The notes beneath the pieces were generated by a model. The model searched no databases. It saw only the letters and a program-made list of their open reading frames with translations, and was not told the DNA's origin. The position numbers and the translations under genes were made by a program. A DNA stretch of 41,738 nucleotides. Origin: Basidiobolus meristosporus CBS 931.73 (taxonomy: Eukaryota > Fungi > Basidiobolomycota). Numbering within the stretch: the first letter of the stretch is position 1; each line of letters starts with the position of its first letter. The stretch covers positions 1-41,738 of the forward strand of contig MCFE01000729.1 of NCBI GenBank assembly GCA_002104905.1. Direction: 5' to 3'. Below are positions 36,612 through 41,738 of this stretch, piece by piece.

Positions 36612-37567
36612 GCATGGCCCACTGATTAACTCACTAGTCAAGAGCTACAAGAACATGACACTACAGTGGCCTAGACAACTTCATCTAGCACTTGGGGCAG
36701 ATAAGATCACTATAAAACATGGCACAGGCCTATCTCCATTCAAATTGCTTTATGGACACAAATGCATTCTTCCAGTAGAGCTTGACTCCGCATCATGGAA
36801 CATGCTAGAGTGGAGAACTACTGTGAGTACAGAAGAACTACTGACTGTGAGTACTAAATGCAGTACCCACTCTTTGCCAAAGAGTTCTCCCCAGAGTCCT
36901 ACCCAAAGTCCCCCAGTATCTTCCCTATAATTTCCCCCCCACACCCTCCCTCCTATCCCTACCCTTATCTAGTTAGAGCACTTACCATAACAGGAAGGTG
37001 TTCACACCCCTATTTTATAACACATTGACTATTATCTAAGCCCCCCCAAGTGATATATATATATACCCAATTGAGCCAAAACAGGGAGATTTTGGGGATG
37101 GAATAAGCACAAGTCTTTATTACCTTGCTACCTTCTATCAGAAGCTATTCTGAACCAAGTGATACTGACTTGACCTACAAGCTCTCCCACTCACCAAGTA
37201 CAGTCAGTAATAACCCACACAGACTACATGCATCAAACAGCTTGATCACCATGAACTTGATATTACCAAAGTAGCTGCTAAACTTAAAGCCATAAGACTT
37301 CAGAACAAGGAACCATTTGACAAGTCACATAGCCTTAGACCCAAGCTGTTACTGCAAGGAGATCCGGTATTGCTCTATGATTCCACTTTAGACAAACAGT
37401 GGAGCTGCAAATTTGACAATAAGTGGTCTGGCCCATTTATTATCTCCAAGGTGATTGGAAATGGAAGCTACTACTTGTCTGAACTTGATGAAACACCACT
37501 AAGAGTACCTGTGGCAGGAAACAAATTTAAACTATTTAAGCACTGGAATTTTGCACATTGCATTTAG
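36612..37567 (+). pseudogene. pol: G3 integrase C-half, interrupted by an insertion at about 36852-37228
   Basis: HGPLINSL, LALGADKITI, GLSPFKLLYGHKCILPVEL, KFDNKWSGPFIISKV. Confidence 0.88.
36852..37228. repeat. ~380 bp solo-LTR-like insertion in G3 integrase
   Basis: Interrupts EELLTV / IKQLD, ends ACTACA, contains TATATATA. Left end and target duplication are unresolved. Confidence 0.55.
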
Positions 37568-37606
37568 TTTGCTTTGACCTGAGTTCAAAGCTGAGAGGGG
37601 GGTGAA

Positions 37607-38372
37607 TATAGTGGGATCAGAGTGACACCCACAGGCAGATGTGCTCATTCCCACACATTCACTTCCCTAAAAGGAATAAACCGCCCCCTATATTAGTATC
37701 ATCCCAAATTGCAATATTTTTCATATGTCTATGTGATTATTACTATGTGACCTGGCAAACTATTTGTCACTATTAACCCATTGCACAAGCTATTCCTATT
37801 CCTTGCCAAGATGCCAAGATAAGATAGTAACCATATAAGGCAAGTGCCCCAACAGTGCCTATGTCATGTGACCATCCTGGTTTCATAACCCTCCTATCCA
37901 ACTACCATATGAGGTAACTAGCCAACTGATCTTGGAGGCACTACTTGTGAGGAATACTCAGAGTAGGCATATTTTATTATATTTTTATTGTTTTCCCAAG
38001 CTTGTTCTTGTACAGGCAAAGATATTTTTCAGTCCTTGTATCTACTGGTCTAAGCTGCATTCTTATCAAGTCCCTGTTGGTGGAGTTTACAGTTGTTTTG
38101 ACATTGCAAGCTTTAGTACACTGTCATCTCAAAGGATGTTGAAGCCGGTATAAACTTTTGTTAAGACATCAACTAAGTTGAGGATTGTAGCTCAATAGTT
38201 TTCCCTTGACAAGGTTGAGGCTTTATCCCCCTTCACATTAGATTAGATAAAAGACCCAGTATTCCTAGCAAGCTTTGCCTGAGGTTATTGCACCAAGTGA
38301 GCACCACACACACACACACACACTTGAGAAGTGTTGGCCGTATTTTGCCCTTTGGACTTATACACTACCACA
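37607..38372 (+). repeat. G3 3' LTR, with an internal deletion of about 320 bp
   Basis: Matches 14735-15047, then jumps at 37920/37921 to the sequence of 16432 onward. Ends ACTACCACA. Contains a (CA)n run near 38305-38322. Confidence 0.9.
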
Positions 38373-38375
38373 GCA

Positions 38376-39060
38376 GGGCTAATTTATTTTTCATAGGGAG
38401 TCCAGCAAGCTCTTCACCTTGAGGATTGTATACTATTGAACCATCACAAACTCAAGGCCAAGCAGAATGTGCTTGATCTGATGGATTGGCATTGTCCTGG
38501 ATTCAGATGATCCAATATACTTAGGGTATGCATGGGTATGCTAAGAAACTATCTTAAGAACAGCAGATACTACCTAAAGTGCAATAGCAAGGATGCCATG
38601 GCTGAAAACTAGCAGCTCCCTCAAGAGCCTGTTACTAGCATGGCCAAAAGCTCTGTGTAAGCTGCAAAGAAGTGTCAGGTTGCTAGAAGAGTGCTAGCAA
38701 GGAGCAAGCAGGCTGAAGCAGATGCCTCAGTACAATATTTAGCAAAGAAAAAGTGCAGCCCCATTCAAGAGCCACTCAGTTAAAGTAGTAATGAAGGACA
38801 TGACAATGATAAAATCCATCAGCTTCTTTGGGAGCTTGTTACAACTAGAGCTGAAGGATCAACACAGATGGCAAAGAAATGTCAGGTTGCCAGAAGAGTG
38901 CCAGTAAGGGAGAAGCAGACAGATGTGGATGCACCAGTGCAGCATTTATTAAGGAGAGAATGTAGTTCAATACAAGAAGCATCCACACAGATAAGCAGTG
39001 AAAAACCTGGCAGGGATAAAGGGAAAGGGAAAGAGTCTACCAAAGAAAGAGACAGGGATG
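38376..39060 (+). pseudogene. Decayed orphan ORF with tandem 207 bp (69-codon) repeats
   Basis: One frame runs 38376-39060 with five stops (TAG, TGA, TAG, TAA, TAA). AKKCQVARRV begins at 38664 and again at 38871. Confidence 0.55.
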
Positions 39061-39077
39061 TGTGAGAAAAAGCTGCA

Positions 39078-40622
39078 GTTAAATGTGATCAAATACTTCA
39101 CCCCACTTAAGGATAAGCTTTCCATAGGTTCACACATATCTGAGTGAATAAGATCTAATATATTCTTAGTTTTCATTAACTAGGAGATCTTGAACAGTTC
39201 TCTGGCTTGTTGCTCAAATCTGCAGGCTTCATAGTGCACCAAATTAGCTGGGGGAACAACTTTTACTCTGGAAATTAGCTGATCTTTGATCCTTTTGCAC
39301 AAATAACCAAAATTGATGCATCCAAATTTCTGGTGCCAAAGCATTGGTGATTGTTCTTTTGAGTTACTTACATTGGCTTCCAGATATGATGGAATATGAG
39401 TCAACTTGTACAGATTTTGATCTCTAATACCCAAGGCAATATGAGCACCCTCTTGATCAGTATTCATGCATCCAGAAATGTCAACACTGCAACTGAGCCC
39501 TTCTGCTGTGGCTTTGCTTACTGGTAGTAAGTTCTTAGCTATCTCTGGTACATGTAGTACTTCTTTGAAGGTAAATGTATGGCTTCCTTCACTGCTTCTG
39601 AGGCTTACTTTGATAGTTCCTTCTCCCACTGCATCAAGTGTTTTATTGTCACCAATAAAAACCTTCTTAATTGGATTCTCTTGATAATGGGTAAAAGGTT
39701 CCTTTGGTGTATAAAGTGTTGATATGCTCCAGAGTTAATATACCACATCTGAGAATCCTTGTTTGTGGTGATATTTAGTGCAAATATGAATAATCTTTCT
39801 TTAGTTGCAATATTTCCATGTACAGAATTGTCTGCTGACCATCTCTCTTTTTGAGGCACCAGTCTGATGTGCAACCTTTCCTTTTGCAGTAGTTGCAAAA
39901 TAGACTGCTACTGCCTTCAAAAGATCCTGGATACCTCCTTTATTGGTTATTGTAGCTTTTTAAAGCACTTTTTCCTCCTTGTTGGTGCTTGATTTTCTTA
40001 ATTCTTCATCCAGGAGCCTTCTATATATGAGATTTAAGGTCAAATCTTGGGTTCTAGACTCCAGTGCTAAAACAAGGCCCTGAAGCTTGTTGGACAGGCT
40101 ATTCAGGATGGTTACTATCACATCCTCATCAGTAGCTGGTATGCCCACAGATTCCATCTTATCCACAAGCAGGGTAATTCTGCTAATTAGAGTTTTCATT
40201 TCTTTTCCTGGCAGTATCTATGTAGTAAAGAATTTTTGTCTAAGATACATTCTCTTTGCAGCCAAGCATGACTGGTAGGTGTCTTCTAATGCCATCCAGG
40301 CATTCTTTGCTGTTTTGCTCTTGAGCATTGAATTAGCAATTTGTCTTTGACATTAAGGCAAATGCAGTTAAAGGCACTTTGTTTTTTCTTCTGGTACTTC
40401 AAAGCTTCCTCTCCCACATTTCTAGGAGGTTAATCTTCCTCATGGTAATATCCCTAGGGCCTCTTTCTTGTGGCAGCATATACATTATCACCTTTGACAC
40501 TTGGTATATTCTAAGTAAATCCCAACAAGGAAATTTAGTCAGTATTGTCCATGATTTGCAGGTAATGATCTAAGTCACTAAGTTTGGTGAATATTTAGGT
40601 TGAATTACAAACTTTTACAACA
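39078..40622 (-). mobile_element. Degenerate copia C4 (LTR remnant 40507-40622, gag, protease, integrase start)
   Basis: Collinear with C3. A deletion at 40506/40507 removes the LTR 3' part, PBS and gag start. Truncated after GVKYLITF. Confidence 0.9.
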
Positions 40623-40638
40623 ATTTGGACCTTCATAA

Positions 40639-41738
40639 TGCCGTAAGAGTCTTGGAGATATTGGAAGTGGTTGGGAGGACAAGTAGTTTATGTGGACTTC
40701 ACTTAACGATTTACTGAATGTAAAGTATGTTGTAATTGTTGAATTGTCACCTAAATATTCATGCTAACTTAGTCACATAGATCTTATTCTGTGATTAGCA
40801 TTCTGTCCTGACTAGATTTCTTGTTGGGATTTTACTTAGAATATTTTCACCAAATTGTCAGGTACCCAGATTATTATTTTTCTCAAAGTTGTCCAAAAGA
40901 CCCCAAACTTTGCACACATATTCTTGGGACCTTCCTTAACAAACTCTACACGTTTGTTTCCTCTACTTTATCAAAAGTATAAATACCATACTTTTGATCA
41001 ATAGATCTACAAGTGAATAACATGTAAATCTTCTACTTCTCCACATCACTTCCAATACTCCTCAGAATATTGCAACAAAGTAGTGTCTATACTGTTACAT
41101 GGTCTTGGCATAGCAAACATGCATAATAGGTTAACAAAGGTCCCAAGAACATGTATGCAGGGTTTGGGGCTTTTTGGACAACTTTGAGTATTTTCATGTT
41201 CTGGGTAACTGGTATTTTGGTGAAAATATTCTAAGTAAATCCTGACAAGGAATTTGGTCAGTATTCTCTAGGATTTGAAGGTAATGATCTAAGTGACTAA
41301 GTTAGGTGAATATATAGGTGGAATTACAAATTTTTACAGCACTCCCACTCAGCTAAATGCTCATACTGACTAGTCCTAATTTTGACCTAAGATATTCAAA
41401 CTTGTCTCTATCTAATGGTTTGGTAAATATGTCTGCAATCATTTCATCTGAAGGACAGTAAACTAAGCTAACTAAGTTATTCTCTATTGCTTCACATATG
41501 AAATGATGTCTAATATCTATGTGTTTAGTTCTAGCATGAAAAGTTGGATTTCTACCTAGTTGTACTCATCCTTGATTATCTTGAAACAAGGTAATAGGCA
41601 TTTTTTGACATGGGCCTAAATCTGTAAAAAGCTTTCTTGAATTCCATGAAATTGCTCCTGTACAGTCATGTAAGGTGTATGCTGTGGTGGATCTTCTGTC
41701 TTCCAAATTTTGTCCCCAATCAGCATCAGAATATCCCA
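40639..41738 (-). mobile_element. 3' end of copia C5: RNase H (about 41350-41738), PPT and 3' LTR (40639-41341, interrupted)
   Basis: Collinear with C3 29767-30600. DEMIADIFTKPL motif. Element continues right of the window. Confidence 0.92.
40728..41077 (+). repeat. Solo copia LTR (350 bp, sister subfamily) inserted antisense in the C5 LTR
   Basis: TGTTGTAAT..ATTGCAACA termini and 5 bp duplication AAGTA (40723-40727, 41078-41082). Confidence 0.92.

Larger units (their letters stand above)
14735..38372 (+). mobile_element. Large Ty3/gypsy G3 carrying nested insertions
   Basis: 5' LTR (14735-15302 plus 16367-16609) and 3' LTR (37607-38372) are about 90% identical in U3. GCAG flanks both ends (14731-14734, 38373-38376). 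PPT GAGAGGGGGG at 37593-37602. Confidence 0.8.

Noticed and set aside
36846-37232. A fourth CpG-centred target duplication (TGTG/TGCA from TGCG)
   Set aside because: No choice of boundaries gives both a TG start and a clean in-frame empty site, so it was not counted.
38305-38322. (CA)n microsatellite as an independent feature
   Set aside because: It is an expansion of a CA-rich patch present at the same position in the related LTR (about 15355-15365).
2528-40278. Many short ORFs antisense to gag/pol (e.g. 2528-2806, 13576-13812, 17280-17471, 22855-23121, 33610-33852, 40087-40278)
   Set aside because: They are shadow frames of retroelement coding sequence. Their recurrence simply reflects repeated copia copies.
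1-41738. Classical ascomycete RIP (CpA to TpA)
   Set aside because: CA and TG are abundant rather than depleted. The visible loss is of CG.

Overview
This is eukaryotic, very probably fungal, repeat-dense DNA with no confidently identifiable host gene. It is a stack of nested, mostly decayed LTR retrotransposons plus two convergent CACTA/En-Spm-like transposase relics. Left part: a minus-strand Ty3/gypsy (G1) and a non-autonomous copia derivative (4544-7843, GGAAG target duplication) are both inserted in the RNase H of an old copia. The CACTA relics and a truncated sister gypsy (G2) follow. Centre: one large gypsy (G3, 14735-38372, GCAG target duplication) contains three solo LTRs, two 3'-truncated copias, chromoviral gypsy sequence, a near-intact 4.68 kb copia (29767-34449, AATTC duplication) and a ~745 bp fold-back with a perfect 119 bp inner palindrome. 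Right end: an orphan ORF relic with 69-codon repeats and further copia pieces. The whole window is strongly CpG-depleted. I see no clearly new biological system. The best leads are the non-autonomous copia, the fold-back, CpG-centred 4 bp target sites of one LTR family, and the orphan repeat ORF. All alignments and counts were done by eye.
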